A stretch of DNA of 64,000 nt, taken from NCBI RefSeq assembly GCF_031769215.1, contig NW_026781965.1:2666001-2730000 (forward strand). Reading direction: 5' to 3'. A model generated the notes under the pieces. It saw only the letters and a list, made by a program, of their open reading frames with translations, was not told the origin of the DNA and searched no databases. Made by a program: the position numbers and the translations under genes. Origin of the DNA: Ylistrum balloti. Taxonomy: Eukaryota. Of this stretch, positions 49,201 through 64,000 are shown piece after piece (within the stretch, counting starts at the first letter, position 1; each line of letters begins with the position of its first letter).

Positions 49201-52200
49201 AGAAATAGTACTACAAACCACGAAATGTTCAAGAATTTTTTCATTACATTGAAAAGGTTTCTCCCATGCCTTGAAGAAACCCCTGATACCAACAGATTAT
49301 TGCTAATAAATAGAACCTACCTGTCACATATTGGCGTTGATTACAGACGAGAGTTTCTATAGCATCATGCATTATCCTGTGTGTGAGGTCGTAAGTAATT
49401 GTGTGTATTGTTTTGGGGAAATACCACAGAAACAGACTTCTTTGCCGTCGTGTTTGTTACACAGGGTTCGGTGGTCAGCTGAGCGGTGAAAGTGTCAATG
49501 AAGACCAGAGTTTTCTTCAATCCTATACGGCCTTTGACATTTTTACGGTACATAGGTGTCAGTTAGGACATGTCTCCATGCCTAAGACACAGGCATGTAA
49601 ATCCATAACTCCGTTATTGTAGTTGCCGAAAATACACTCTTATAACATGAATCGTCCTTCTTTCTGATTACTTCCAGTTTTCAAAGTAATTACGAAGATA
49701 GAACTTTAATGTAAATATTTATAATTTATGGCGTCAAAATCACAATTTTACATTAGATGTTTATTGAAGACAACCAGATGAGAGACAAGCTGTTGCAACA
49801 CATGGAACGTTTGTCAAAAATATGAAGACAATAAAACATGTTTATTGTTGATAAATGCTCAACATATCTGTTGTTTTAATGTAGGGTAGCTTTTTGGCTT
49901 CCTCGTCTGCCGATACCTGCATTCATCTTCAACTTATCTTAAAGTTAATCGTTTTCCCCATAACACAAATAGATAATAATGTAATATGAAGTTCGCACAT
50001 TCCACAAGATATTGGATGTTTTCCTCAAACTGACTTTGTTGGGGCGAATCAGGAAATCTGCTCAAGCAAGGGAGATATCATGAACACTTTTATCAAAAGC
50101 ATTAACATCAAATACATATACAATCTACCAAATTCTTAATCACGGCTAATAATTCATTACATATTTGCCAGTGAAATAGGAATTTACCAATTTCTTAAGA
50201 ATGTATCTCTTATAAAATAATTCTTGTGTACATTTCTTAATTTCTCTAATTTTGTAATTAAAATAGATTCTTACTAGAAAATAACATAAAACGGTAGAAT
50301 ATCGTGTAGAGATGTCTGAGGAATTTGACGCCATCTTTTTAACGTCAAAGAATGCGTTAATGTTTAGCGAACTTTACATGTTTAGAATGAATTGCACTAG
50401 TAAAAAACATTCATATTCTATCATACTTGTCAAATATTTATGATATTCAACGGGAAACCATTAAATACCTTCTATATAGTATCATATATCCTCAACATAT
50501 CATGATCACAGCCATAATTTACAATATCTATAACATAACATTGGGCATAAATGAATAAACATTGTTTATAGACGTGACGTGAATGTTTGTTACAGTTATT
50601 CTGATTGGCTAGTAGCTGCGTATTGTTTTATAAAGCAATTCATCATTAAAGAAAATGAAAACCTTACGCTTAAGGTATTGTTTCTCTCGCCTTTTTACGT
50701 TATGAAGCAGTGACAAAAAATAATATGAATTTTTCCATAAATCACCTTTGTTGCTGATGGAGTATACTGCAATGTAAAAACGATTTCAATTAAATCCTTA
50801 ATAACGTCTAGCTATAAATCTGTGTTATTTATAGGTAATCTGTAATATCAATTATGATTAATGATTGTTAATTACATCTAATTAGTTAACACGTATTCTG
50901 ACATTTTAATATCCAATCACGGCTTATATCGAAGTAATAGTGAAAACAACAACGTCTATGTTAAGCTCACATGACAACATAATACAGGTTCGTTTGCACC
51001 AGTCTCGGTCGTCTGTCATTCAATTTAGAAATAATAACTTGTCACGGATGACAGCTAAATCGTCCTGAACATCAATCTGTGTTCTATTTATAATAGATTG
51101 ATTTATTGAAGAACTAGGCATGTATACAATCACTGCAGATTTATTAATCAAAATACCTAATGAAGAATCAGTTCATACAAGGACAGAATTGATAATTATC
51201 ACCTCTCGGAACAGTATACATATCCACAAACAGGCAGCACACAACAAGGTAACCTTTCACATGCACCTTCAGACTGCCACGAGAATATAATATTTGACAC
51301 AACATATCCTTTCACCTTGTTTTCACTTCCTTATTCCTAATATATGACGAATTCAACATTGTCACTTTTAACACAGGGAATAGACCAGAAATCTGCATAT
51401 TAAAGATGGTTGTTAAAATGTAATAAATGGAAGTATGGATGTCTTTCAGTTCTGGATGTAGAAACACCTGAAACACTTTTTTTATATACAAATAGTGATT
51501 TAGCGAGCACATTTTCTCTTCTTCGTATCGTCTGATTCATCTGTCTGTAAAATGTTGACATATTCCTCTAATAGAATCACAAAGTACATCTTATAAGGCT
51601 AGTAACAGAGTTAGGGAAGTAATTAAACCGGACGATGATTATTGATTTATTCTGTTAATAAGGGTGTTGGCAAAGGTATCTTTTACAGAACGGTGATTTG
51701 ATCAGTGTAATTTCATGAAAATTAGAGATCATTTAAGTAGGATGAATATCAAGCAAACCTTTTAACTAATTATTAACTCCTATCGTTGAAGTGGGGTTCA
51801 CGACTGATATATCAATCTGTACTAATGTACATGCGGTAGACACTGTTTGTGGACTTAACCTGCATGCCATGTTTAAATGAATTCGGATAGTGTCACGGTT
51901 AAAATCATAGGTATGTACTTGACGATTTAAGTCAGAAATGTATTGAATCATGGGGTTGATGCACCTACCTAGATTTTTGTATTTCTTTTCATTACATTGG
52001 CATTCTAGATTTAAAAAACTAGGTCCTTAGCATCACAGACAGTTTTAAAATGAGGAAACAACTGCATGACGCAGTTTAATTCATCATTTGGCTCTACTTT
52101 ATCATCAGTGAACATGATATTGCAGCTATTCTTAAGCACTACGTTAAAAATATTTTGACATATTCGATAAAAAAACCAATTTCACGTCGAAAACAAAAAC

Positions 52201-53339
52201 CAAACAAGAAATGTGTCTCAAATTGATGTCAAATCATAAAATGAGATATGTTCACTGAAAACCGAAAAATCTGTATGTCATCCATACCAGAAAGCGGTGC
52301 ACGTGGTGTCATATAGATATTCAAATAAATACCGTAATCAGATGATTTTCCTAGACTAGGAAGAGAATTAGCATTGTGTAGTTGGTCCGACATGCTTTAT
52401 TACCTGACACGGTGTATATAGACATAGACAAAGACTGCCAACAGGAAGGTGTAACTGACCTACAAGCCACACGGGAACACATATTTAATGCTAACTGGTT
52501 CTGTACATTCCCTTTTCTTGTAAAAAAAAAGTCAACGGACTCATGCACGAATTCATGACATTTGTTTGTCTATTAACTTCTGATAAAACTACTCGTGAGA
52601 GAGCACAATGGTAACAATATGTACGTATATACAGACACAACAGTCAGGCAGACTTTCATTAGTAATTAATCGAAGGCTGATAGTACCATCAATTAAAGGG
52701 CATCGGTTAAACACGAGATATTGAACCAGAATATCTTGTCACGATGAAAAGCAATCTACAACAGTGCATTTTACTACTGATGACCGCCTTGCAAGAAGAA
52801 CGATAACTCAGTATCTATCTGCATGTACAGGTTATGTCCCTTATCACAGTGAGACTATCGTGACACGAGTGAAGTTAGTGCGTTGACTTGGATAAGTTAT
52901 CTTGGTATCGTTGTATCTTTGTTCATACCTACAATTACTTTCAAACGTCTTTATTTATTTCTTTATTTATTTATTGTTAGACTTTTTAAAAAACACATTA
53001 TATATATATTATATAATATTGAAGAGTCGTTCTCCATAAAAGTTGGTAATTCAAAGTAAAAAAAAATTAATTCACAAAATCATCTTCAAATTGCAAAATA
53101 CTTTTAGGATGAACTCGTATTCAAAACGAAAAACAACAACTGGTATTCTAATGACATCAAAAGAGTAGAGGAAAGCGTTCATTTTTATAGAACTTCAGGT
53201 GGTTTTCGGCTCTCAAAAATGGTAATAAATGAAATTTGTCGCCACGTCACTTATCTATCCCCACTACTCATGACACTCTGAATACCTGCCGTCAACACAC
53301 AAACATAATTCAAACGGATGCCAAAACATGAACAAATTT

Positions 53340-54230
53340 GAAGAAATGGGAATAAGGTAAGGTTTTTACTGAAGGCGTCTGCTGATCCTAAGATGACTTC
53401 CGTCTGTTAAATCTAGGTCTCATCAACATGCATTTCTCGAAACCCTTATGTTTTAACAGTAAAACACTTAAATAAATAGCACCACGTAATATAAAAGCAA
53501 AATACATCAATATAATATACTTAACAGCTTTATACTGCTGTTTAATCTGTCTAGGATTTGTCACTCATGCGACGGATGTCAAATGCGAAAAGATTATAGG
53601 GGAAAAACAGAAATAAGCAGAAACAAGTGTTAAATGTGTACCAAGAATTCCCGAGATATCGTACGTTTTACATGATGGATGGTTAAAAAAAACACTTCAG
53701 AATATGTACTTATTCCAAATCTTGCCACTGTTCATATGACCTTAGGGACTGCAACTGGAGTTTGTTCCTTGTTATCTAAATGAAATGTACGTAAGAAGCA
53801 GTGTTGAATAGCAAAATTGGCGGGAACAAGTATAACACCATACCAAGGTCTAGACTATCCAATTAACTACGACAGGCAAACACAACATTTCGTAAAGCAA
53901 GAAGGTCATTGCTAGGAATTGAAACCAGCCATTGGGAAATTGGAAAGTCTGCTTATTATAGAGCTGTTACTAAAGAGTTCAGGTTTTGAGTAAAACCTGA
54001 GGGAAGTATCTGGTGAAGACGGATCTGTCATGTCTCTGATGTTTAATTCTAGGGGATATATCTTATGAAAATAGGCAATAACTTTCTAATCAGAGATGCA
54101 TCATCGGTATTCATCAGTCTGTTTAAAAGTGGGATGGGAGAATTTAACAAGGATCTCGTGACCTGTTTAGAAAAAGATCTTCGATAAAGTCAGCATCATA
54201 TGATCTGCTGGAATATCTTTCAAATATAAA
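53340..54230 (-). mobile_element. heavily degraded Penelope-like retroelement RT fragment
   Basis: Manual translation across frameshifts gives YDADFIEDL, TDDASL, IYPLELNIRDMTD and LYNKQTFQFP, resembling mollusc PLE-type RT (YEADFIQ..IDDVLSL..IYPIELEIKDTTD..LYDKRDDFNFP, from memory). Confidence 0.5.
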
Positions 54231-56769
54231 TTCAGTGTTTTCATTTTGGTTACTCAAGATTGAACAAAAATACTTTGGAGTACCTTGAAACCTATACACC
54301 GTAATTCCAGTTATGAATTATACAATAAGATAGAGACTGTAACTCGCTTGTTTGTTCAGCAATTAGTGAATCAATAAAACTTCTTCATATTTTTCATGTT
54401 TTTTATACCGTTTTCTTGTGAAGAATATGAACCCAATATAAACAAGGCGTGTCTGTATCATTATAATGAAGCATGATGCATGATTTGTTCGCATTTCATT
54501 GTCTTTGAAGAGAGTATATAACGTGTTGATTATATAGCAATCACTTGTCCTTTTCTAACACAGGGTAATACAATGTATATATCTATATTTAAATAAGAAA
54601 AAGAGTATGATATTATAGACCTTATTTTTCATGCAAGTCGTTCAAACCTTTTTGCTCCTTTTCTTCTTTGCTTAATTTAATAATTATGTGTTCTTTTTAA
54701 TAATGGACTACCAAATTGAATGAGTTTATGCTTTCGACCCTACATGTGAAGCTCTCGTATCATGCCAATTTGACTGATGATCAGAATTTAAGTGTTCAGC
54801 TAGTCTAAATCGTAAGTGGAGGTTAGAAAGCCATGCTTAGGGTAAAGTCCTTGGGTCTCCTATATTCTGTTGTTACAGCGTTTGCTTGTAGTTGAAAATT
54901 AACTGACATGGTTATTTCTATATTGGGATTGTCAACTCTAACAGACGTTTAATGTTTATTAGTACCGATATTTATAACATCATGTCCCTTTTTGTAAACT
55001 CTGCTGTTTGTATGGACAAAAAAGATTGTTCGCTAAAAATGGTTTTGTCACCAGAAGTCCGCACCATAGTGAACAAATCAGTTGAATAAAGCAACATTTC
55101 ATTATTCAAAACAAACAAACAATACGAACACGATATTATCTACAATATATCAACGTTCATACTTTAATTTAAGAAGTTGTCCATTTCACATTTTGTTTAA
55201 GCATGGTTGGTCAAAATTTTTAGGTATTGCCTAAAGCTGCATGTCATTCATATACATAATCGACAAATTATAAAACATATGGACGTATTCCTGCTTTTGA
55301 AACGACATATATACAGCCATGTAGAAGCATTGTGATAAGAGAGGTGACATGAAATGAAATCATCGATGTTATGGGAAAGAAGTACGAGTGTTCATTTGAT
55401 CCTGATTATTGGTTTACATTCGTCATTGTGTCATTTAATGAATTTTCAATAGCCCTAACATTCCAGTACAGCACCATTGCGGTCCCATTGAGATGCAAGC
55501 TTTCTCAGGGAGACTCATTCACTGTATACAATAACGTTTGCGTATTCGGATTGAAAAGGGACGGCACATAATGTAATTGTGGAATGGAGGCGATGACGAG
55601 ATTTTGATGGAATTTTACGTCAGATTGTAGTTCGAGTATTGTGTGAGGTAATGACGAGCTTTCCTTCCCATACTCTATCGTGAGAATACCCCGGCCGGGC
55701 CACTAAATCACACGCCTTCCAGTCCTGTTTACCATGTCAATTCCGAAGGCTTTCAATTGTGTAATTATTCTAGATTTTAAATTTAATCATGTGTATAGAA
55801 AGCAAAGCTTGCACTGATGACTTCAAAGCTCGAAGGTAAATCCGCGAGTAAGACACACGTGTTATTATGTGAAATCTTATCAATTGATATTACTGTAGAT
55901 GTAAGCGACCTATATAGAAAATCTGTACCCGATATTTATGGCTAAGAGTCCTTGGGTTATGTTACAACTGAAGTAGATCCATCAAGGTTGGTGTTTATGT
56001 ACCATCGGGCGTTTGTTCGAGGTACCAAGCCACCACGACGCAACAATGTCATTATGCGTTTGGTGCTTGAAGTAGATTGCAAGCAAAGTTAGTATTGTTA
56101 CTAAATTAAGTGTCGAAACAGTATTAGAGATATTAATAAAAACAATCAAAGATCTCTAATTACAGGTATGCATAAAAATAAAAGTGTTTATAAGAAAAAA
56201 CAATATTTCATATTTTTGGGTTTTTTTTTACTAAATTTTATTGTCTTTTATCTTGAAGAAATGAAGTTATATGTAATCCCAAAAGAAATTTCTCTAAAAC
56301 ATATAACCATGTCCGTAAAATACCTCAAATGGCCTTTAACCCTTTATTTAAAATGGGAATTTTAATCGTGTTAAAGACATCTTTTTCATTTATAGACAAT
56401 TTTAAATTAGATACTGAAGTATATATAAGTCAAAATACTTCTAAAATTCCGACATACCTTTGAATGTGAAATTTGTATATAGAGTAGTTATGGTAATATT
56501 TTTGTTATAAAGTCATAATTATATGAGAGATCTCTATAATTCTAAATTTATATCTTAGGTTATACATACATATCTCATGTAAAGTCTGTGAAATGTATCT
56601 TTGTGAGAATAAAAATTAACGTGACTAACAATAGATATATCGTAAAAACAAAACAGAAAAATACCAACATGTCAACAAAATCATAATCCAAAGTCTAATT
56701 CAATTAAACTAAGACAAAGTATGAACGAAAAAGATTTACATGAAGACCTCTGATAAAGTACAAGAATAG

Positions 56770-57125
56770 TCATGTGTTCCGTAAGTATAAGCGTCTTCTG
56801 CTTCATCGACGACACCCGGAGTGTAATTCTTGATTAAGTAACGTCACGATCTCAAATGAGAACAAGATATACAACAACGAAACAGGCGAACTAGCGAACA
56901 TAAAACACATACAGCTTTAGATCGCACAAAGAAAGAAAATTATTCTCTGTGACATCACTTTGACGACCGTAAGACTTCCCCATAAATTTAACCAAACCGC
57001 GTGTTTTGAAACTCTGTACTACGAGTTTGTCGGTCAGTTGACGATTTTTTCCATAAAAATCATGGTAGTGGGAACAGGCCCTTAAATATCGAATCAACTG
57101 TGACATTGAAAGTTTATATACTGGC
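56770..57125 (-). mobile_element. Penelope-like retroelement, RT C-terminal fragment and tail
   Basis: SQLIRYLRACSHYHDFYGKNRQLTDKLVVQSF...KSYGRQSDV resembles the SQLIRYSRAC...KFYGRHHDL segment of PLE-type RTs; a tail-like motif lies at about 56770-56820. Confidence 0.6.
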
Positions 57126-59199
57126 AGACAGGTACTACACCTTCGTCATACGCTGCAATGTTACAGAAAAATCATCACAAAACACCGAAATTAAATATGA
57201 AATTTCAACGCATACATACTTAAAAATATGAATATCAAATATTATCTTTTACGTGTATTAAGCATTGCCACACACGTGGAAATACGGACACCAAGTACTA
57301 TATATAACCATACTTATTTGCCACGAAATAACCCCACAAGGGTATCATTAAGACAGATATATTACAGTAATATAAGTACCAGTAGTGTTAGTCTTTATAC
57401 AAATGCCTCTCAAAATCACCCTCTCTACTGGTTGTCAAGCTCCATTAGATGTCGTGATAATGATTCATTAACACGGAACATCAAAGTAACAATGGCCACG
57501 TGTGCTAATCTTCAGTGATTGTAAATGAATTCGTTTGTAGATACACACTGTACCAATGTTTAAGTAGAAAATAATGTATGATGCAAATTGATGTAGACTA
57601 TCGTAACGTTATATGGCCGCACTGATGTTTCCTTGTGCGATCGGAAGTTAGATGTGTTCACTGTCAGTGTGTTTGGTGGCTTAGTTGTTATAAACAATGA
57701 CAAACAAACACGAAAAAGGGGTGGGGGGGGAGAACTTCCCCTTCTCGTGCATTTGGTCTTATCAATTTTTGATATGATCTCGAATTTCGAATTAAGATGA
57801 TAATGAAAGTAAGTATTTTTTTTCTTGTATCTGTAGCCGAGGAATATGCCTTAACAGATACACTACAAAGTGGTATAGCTTAATATACTATGCACAAAGG
57901 AAGAAAACACTTAGAATGGTAAATACATTAATGTTGTTTAAATAAACATAGTAACTATGAATATGTAGGCATCAGAAATATGAACATAGATTTATAGGAA
58001 ATAATCATTTCGAAGAAACAACATGATACAGTGCAATAATAAATCTGAGAACGTAGGGTGTTAAGGTATTAATAATAAGGTTATCCTGTTTAAAATATAA
58101 ATATCCCGTACCAAAAAAGACGCCAATGGCAAAATGACTGCTTCACATGCAAAGGTTTGACTGACTTTCCCAAATTATTTCTGCTCTCTTTAAAATTAAT
58201 TTTCTCTTTTTCCTTTGAAACTGGTGATTTAAAATGTAAACATGTGTGATCTTGATACAAATAAACAGTGTTAAACCATTTTCAGACATGTTTTTTGTTG
58301 GTGGGGACGACGTATGACACGCGATATAAGTATACCCTGTACACCTGTCGTGTGGCCATGACGAGGCAAAAGTTGTTGTTCACAGAGGCGTGTCCACAAA
58401 CATAAGTAACTACGTATCATCATCAAATTCATGTAAGTGCTTTCAAATTAGAATGTTTCCGGTTGAACACCAACCTTTTTCTTGACGGATTACTTCCACT
58501 AACCAGTAAACAACCCCCTCGTGTCTTTTTGTTGACTATCTCTTCTCCGCTTTTCCACGTAGTCAGCATGCAAGGTTATCTCTGAATACTGGTGTTTATA
58601 CTGATCTTGTGCCACAATATATCAAACGGCAAAGATCAGGAGCAAACAGGTTCAAAGAATTGTATCAATATAACACTTGTTGCGTGACTTTATTTCTCCT
58701 AAAACATCTCGGTGATGCTATGAGCAATAAGTTCAGAAATCCAGAGGAGGAGTAGGGAGGGGGTGAGGGGAGGGATGTAACTTATAGAACATTACTTGGG
58801 TGATAGTCAAAAGATGAATAGACTAATGATACGAGTATCATATATATAAAAGAACAAGGCGAGATATCAGAACAAGGAAGTGTTTTATTTGTCATAAGGT
58901 AATTTTAACCACTTTAAAGGCATGACTTGCCTCAACATGAACATTCACTTTCAAGACATTTATCTTTTTCATACCAGCTTTATTCTTTTCATTTCTATGA
59001 ATACAGAGGAGAGACTTTTTTAAATATACACTCAAGAAAGGATAAGTTTATCACTGTAATGGTCATTCAATTCCTATATCAAAATTATCGGAATTAATTA
59101 AGTTTGACTGAAGTGCGCCAATCAATAAAGAAAATACCAACAACTCAACAGAATCATCATCAAAATTCAAAAACATAAAAAGACCATTAAGAATAAGAC

Positions 59200-59250
59200 C
59201 ATACATTCCAAAGTATTCGTCTTATGCTTCATCAACGACATCCGCCATGT
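59200..59250 (-). repeat. short relic similar to the 56770-56820 tail motif
   Basis: ATTCCAAAGTATTCGTCTTATGCTTCATCAACGACATCC versus GTTCCGTAAGTATAAGCGTCTTCTGCTTCATCGACGACACCC. Confidence 0.45.
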
Positions 59251-62200
59251 AAGTCTAGGTCAATCAATGTAGGTCATGCCACGTTCTCCAATTGAAACAC
59301 GATATCATTATTTAAACAATAACGGAACCAATAGGCATAATACCGAGCATCAAACACGGAAAACAACAACAGAACCAACAACAACGGTAGCACGGTAAAC
59401 AACAACGGCACAAACAGGGATACTAACGAGCATCGAACATGGTAAACAACAACGGAACTTAGGGGTATACTAACGAGTATTAAATACGTCAAATTTCCTA
59501 TCGTGTAAAGAAATAGAATATTTCTCAACGAGATCATTATGACGACCGTAAAACTTTTTCATTTTCATCAACCTCCATCTCTCTGTGTGGTGAGTTTGTA
59601 AGTTGAAGACATCTTGCACGAAAACAATTGTGTTGTTGGAACAAGCTATTATCGTGTCAGCTTCGATTTGTAAACAGTATGTTTCTTCTTTTTTTTATGT
59701 TATTTCCTTTATTCGATTTTACACAAGATTTAAAGTTCTATTCACTTCTTAGTTGGTTGGTAAACTCAGCTGGGCATTGTAGTCCCGAAGTTTGCAATGT
59801 TCCTTCACGCCACATAGAAACATTTGGGATAGTGGCGCCAGTTTATGATATTCTGACTAAATAGGTTGAATTTAACAATCATCACAGTAGTTTTTTGTCT
59901 TTGAAAACTTCTTTCGATCAATTTCAATATCCCTACCTCTTCTTCGAGATTTCAACACTTTTTTCTGTCAGAATGACATTACAATTGTGTGGCGCTATTT
60001 TTATCGATTTACGACAAATGCTATACTTTGATTGAATTTCTATTACATGTGTCATTCTCTTGTGTGTTTTTCATCGCTTTAAATAGCACACCATATTAGT
60101 TCAAGTAAGATACAGCTGATTTAGCACAACCCCCGTATCTAAAATGAATACCTTATTGGTGAATCTACTGAGCGATAGCAGACAATTTGTCCTTAAGTTA
60201 ACGACATTGTCTTAGCTGCTTATTGTCTTGATAGGAAGTCGTATTACTACATATTAAAATATCATTATGCCTGATGTTTAACTACAAATTATTGTAGACT
60301 GACTATACGTGTGATTGGATATGGTTTTAAATCAGTTGATACGATTTGAATTTACAATTGGAATAAGGGCGGAAGTGTTCTTACAATATACGAATATATG
60401 AAATTAACAAAAGAGTATCAAATATTTCTTGAAACTTACCTTAAGACATATTTCTGCAACGATAGCTTCAGATCAAACTATGTAATAGCCCACATATCAA
60501 CTGGTTTGTGAGACCGGTGGGCAGATACAGCGTCCTGTAAGGTCAGGACATTCTTCTAACCGTTAAAACAATGTTGACTTTTGTAAATTTGGTAAAGACA
60601 CACGGCATACTAATGTGTTGACAAATCATTTTGGTATTCTAAAGTTCGAGAGGTTTTATAATTCAAAATTCAAACATAAGTTCAAACAGAAATTACGATG
60701 AAGAGCAAATTAGACACATATACAGAGTCAAAAGTACAATCTAGTACTCTGATGTTGTTTTCTCAACACCTGTTATAATAAAATCACACAGACAATATAG
60801 TCAATATTTAAACACCTCAACTTCCTACACTCTGAACTTGGAATATTCAAAACGATGGGATTTTTCATTATTTGCTTTGCACTAAAATATGGCTAACCTT
60901 TCTAATCATCTTTCACGTTAGCTATTAGGTAAATAAATCGGACGGATGAACTTACTGACTAAATCAAATATCACTCTTTTTATACTACAGAGTTATTATT
61001 GCGGAACCATCATAAAATACATCACTACGAACACCGTTGTCGCGTACTTAACCCATATAAATCTATGTGAAACTAACTTACTGAAAAAAACATATGTTTG
61101 ATTCCATTTCAAATCAGAAATTTCCATATTATTTTAATATATATATACATTCATGTGCAACTCATAGACAGCATTACGACAGAAATAGCATTTATGTACA
61201 TCGTACATCTCATGGACCATGACAAAAAATATCATTATGTAGATCTGCAGAGGTAATCTTATCACACGGACTCGAGTACTTCACAGATAAAGCTGCTATA
61301 TCGTTCAACATCTAAGAAGGGTTGGCTTTTTAACTCTACAGACGATCATAAGTTAAGATATAGTTTCCCATAGCTTAATGTGACACCTGCATAAAAGGTT
61401 TATCTTTTTTTACTGACAACAGTCAATGGTCCACCTCTGATTACTATAATGCTCCATTTTTAACACACTTATGACTCAGACACTTTTTAGAACATAGAAT
61501 TTCAGAAATGCTGTTTTTATATTGTCTTCTTAATTAGATATCGTCACTTAAAGTATTCCTAGCATATGTAAACGTTTAAGTCTCTGCGAATGTTTGACAT
61601 TTGAAAAAGAATGTGATATTTTGTACACGTTAATCACGTAGTATTTTTTGTTAAAGTTCGTCAATTTCGGAGAATTTGCAGTCTTGGTTTTGATTCTTTT
61701 TGGAAAAGTTTAAACCGTTGGGATGCTAACTGGATGGTATGGAAACAATTACACAAAAAGGTTTTAATCTACATATTGCGTAAATATACATTTTATACAG
61801 TTTGAAAAATAGTATTTGTATTATTTAATATAAAAATTGTTTTTAACAAAGAAAACTGTTGAGTATTGATATCATCTGGTCATCGAAACGTCTTCTGCTT
61901 GGCTCTGGTTGTCTCTACTTGTCATTGCTGTAATGTTAATTGTTCAAGAATTGTACAAAAGATACCAATCTTTCGATTGGAAAATACATTTCCGTGAGGA
62001 AGCAGAAAGCAATAATAAAAACAATGGATACCTCTACATTACGTGCAGCTTATGATTTAATCATCTTTATTAGTACGGTAAAATCAACTATGTGTTTGAA
62101 CCGTGCGTAAGTAATAACCCAATCGATGAAAATTTAACCAAAATGCTTTAGAAATATCTATATATTTACTCCGCCTGACTAGCTTTATAGTTGATGAAAA

Positions 62201-64000
62201 AAGGAAAGCTGTCTACATGGCTGTTTGACGTTTGATCCCAATATCAAGCATGTTATCAGTGCATGTGCAGTCCTGTCAACTAACAATGTCCTTATTTAGA
62301 AATTGTTTTCGCCCAATGTTATCACGCTATTTCAATTCTCCTCCATTTAGTTTCAAGGCCAATACGATCTCAATCTCCTTTGTTCGGTTTAGTGAACGTG
62401 TCGGTGTTTCTAGTTGTTTTCAGAATATTGGAGGTTAGTATTTGTCTAGAAAGTCTGTGACTTACAACGTACTGAAATTTACTGTCAGAACATCCAATAT
62501 TGTACAAAGGTTTATCCTGGAATTACATGGTTCTACAAAAATAAATATATACCCTCGAGACCTAAACGGTATCTACTAGGTCTTAATTGCAGTTTACTGA
62601 ATAGTGTTACTACATGGGTGGAAGTTGGTGGGTTTGGGAGTGGGGGAGGGTTGTTGTTCAAAGTAAAAATAAGCCTTTGTGGTTTATATCTAGTAAATAC
62701 ACAATATAATGTATAGCTAACACGTAGGATGTCATGGCGCCGTGGTTGTAGATCACATAAATTTATACTTACACATTAGACCCTTATTGTCCCAGTCTGT
62801 CCCCAGTTTTTAGGGACAACTGTTCTGTAACTCTGCACACTAAATACAAAAGTATGCTTTACCTCAAGTAATAAAATCCTAAAAAAGGAAATAGTAGCCT
62901 CGATGAAGGCTACAGACCTTTCCTGAACATCTTCCCTTCTGCAAGGGTTTATGAGCAGCCAACCACCAAACATATCTGGTGTGACTGATCTGTGTAGCTT
63001 AGTCTGGATTTTACACTATATAGCTTTTCAATCTTTTGTCCACAACAACATGGGGACGCCAAGCACTCTGGTTTATAGAAACAATGGTATTCTCGTCAGT
63101 ATTATGTAAGGCTTGTGTAAATATGATACTTCTGTTGACATAGGCAATAAAACGGTGTTTCAATCATGTTACTATTAATGTGCACAGTTTAAATAATTTA
63201 ATGACGTCGCAAATTCATAAACAACAGATACATAACAGAAAACTATACCGTGTTTAGACCAAACAATTATATCATTTCGTGGATAACTAGTACCACAGAC
63301 AGCATGGTGCAAACGAAATATCTTGTTTCTACATGTACATCATACAGACACGAATCATGGCAGATTCAATCACTTATCCACTGAGCAATGTTGGTCATGT
63401 ATTTAAGCAAATTATGTAAATATTTTAATAAAATATGAAATTTAATTCAGCAAATAAGATATATAATTTACTAAATCACGTGTCTTCTTTATTAGCTATC
63501 TTTTAAAGATAATTTATTTTAATATCTTCTTTTTAAAATATCTTTTTTCACATTACATATCTATTAAATTAGATATCTAAAAAATTGAATCACATATCGT
63601 ATATACTAGATTAGATATCTATTTTAATAAATACATGTAATTAATTTTTGAGATATCTTATTTATTATATTACAAATCTGATTCAACTTTGCTTTATGAA
63701 TAAATGACAACCTTACCATAAACGACTAGGTCTGTATCTCTCTGTATAGCTTTCTTGCATTGTTATACTTTGTCGCATCGATTGCTTACTGGAAACTGAT
63801 TCCATCAATCTGAACCATTATACGTGTGACACAAGTCACGTGAATTATTTTACCATTTTTAATTTGAATGCAAAAGAATAACAAACACAAATGGTGATTC
63901 AAGTGTTGAAATATTTATCTTGGCGTTGGAGAAAAGGAAGATGAATGGAATACGATAGATCACATATTATAAAGATATATCTCAGAAAAAAAACCTATGC

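Noticed and set aside
50460-50835. Repeat-like block resembling mollusc non-autonomous DNA elements
   Set aside because: Ends and TSD could not be defined from the sequence.
58755-62650. Two canonical G-quadruplex patterns (58755-58774 and 62630-62650)
   Set aside because: Isolated, with no linked feature to give them meaning.
62861-62979. Possible minus-strand exon MFGGWLLINPCRREDVQERSVAFIEATISFFRILLLE bounded by AG and GT
   Set aside because: No recognisable homology and no partner exon; such bounded frames arise by chance.

Overview
AT-rich animal genomic DNA with spliceosomal introns; the repeat types suggest a mollusc, probably a bivalve (inference). 1-12.5 kb holds five back-to-back minisatellite arrays (42, 40-42, 46-47, 32 and 37 bp units). 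15.1-25.4 kb (minus strand) is a TMEM26-like gene with three coding exons (about 635 aa). Its second coding intron carries a dead Tc1 (DD34E) transposon, which was itself interrupted by a full-length but dead Ty3/Gypsy LTR retrotransposon (5-bp TSD CTAAT). 26-31.6 kb contains a MITE, a 5'-truncated CR1-like LINE, small satellites and a solo LTR inserted into one of them. 32.7-46.3 kb (minus strand) is the main finding: three intact, divergent, tandem Mab-21/cGAS-like nucleotidyltransferase (cGLR-type) genes. All three have a large insert inside the catalytic core, no zinc thumb and a 130-140 aa C-terminal tail. The third copy has Arg where the other two have the third catalytic Asp. 47-64 kb has no recognisable gene, only degraded Penelope-like fragments. 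All assignments come from motif recognition by eye; no database search was run.
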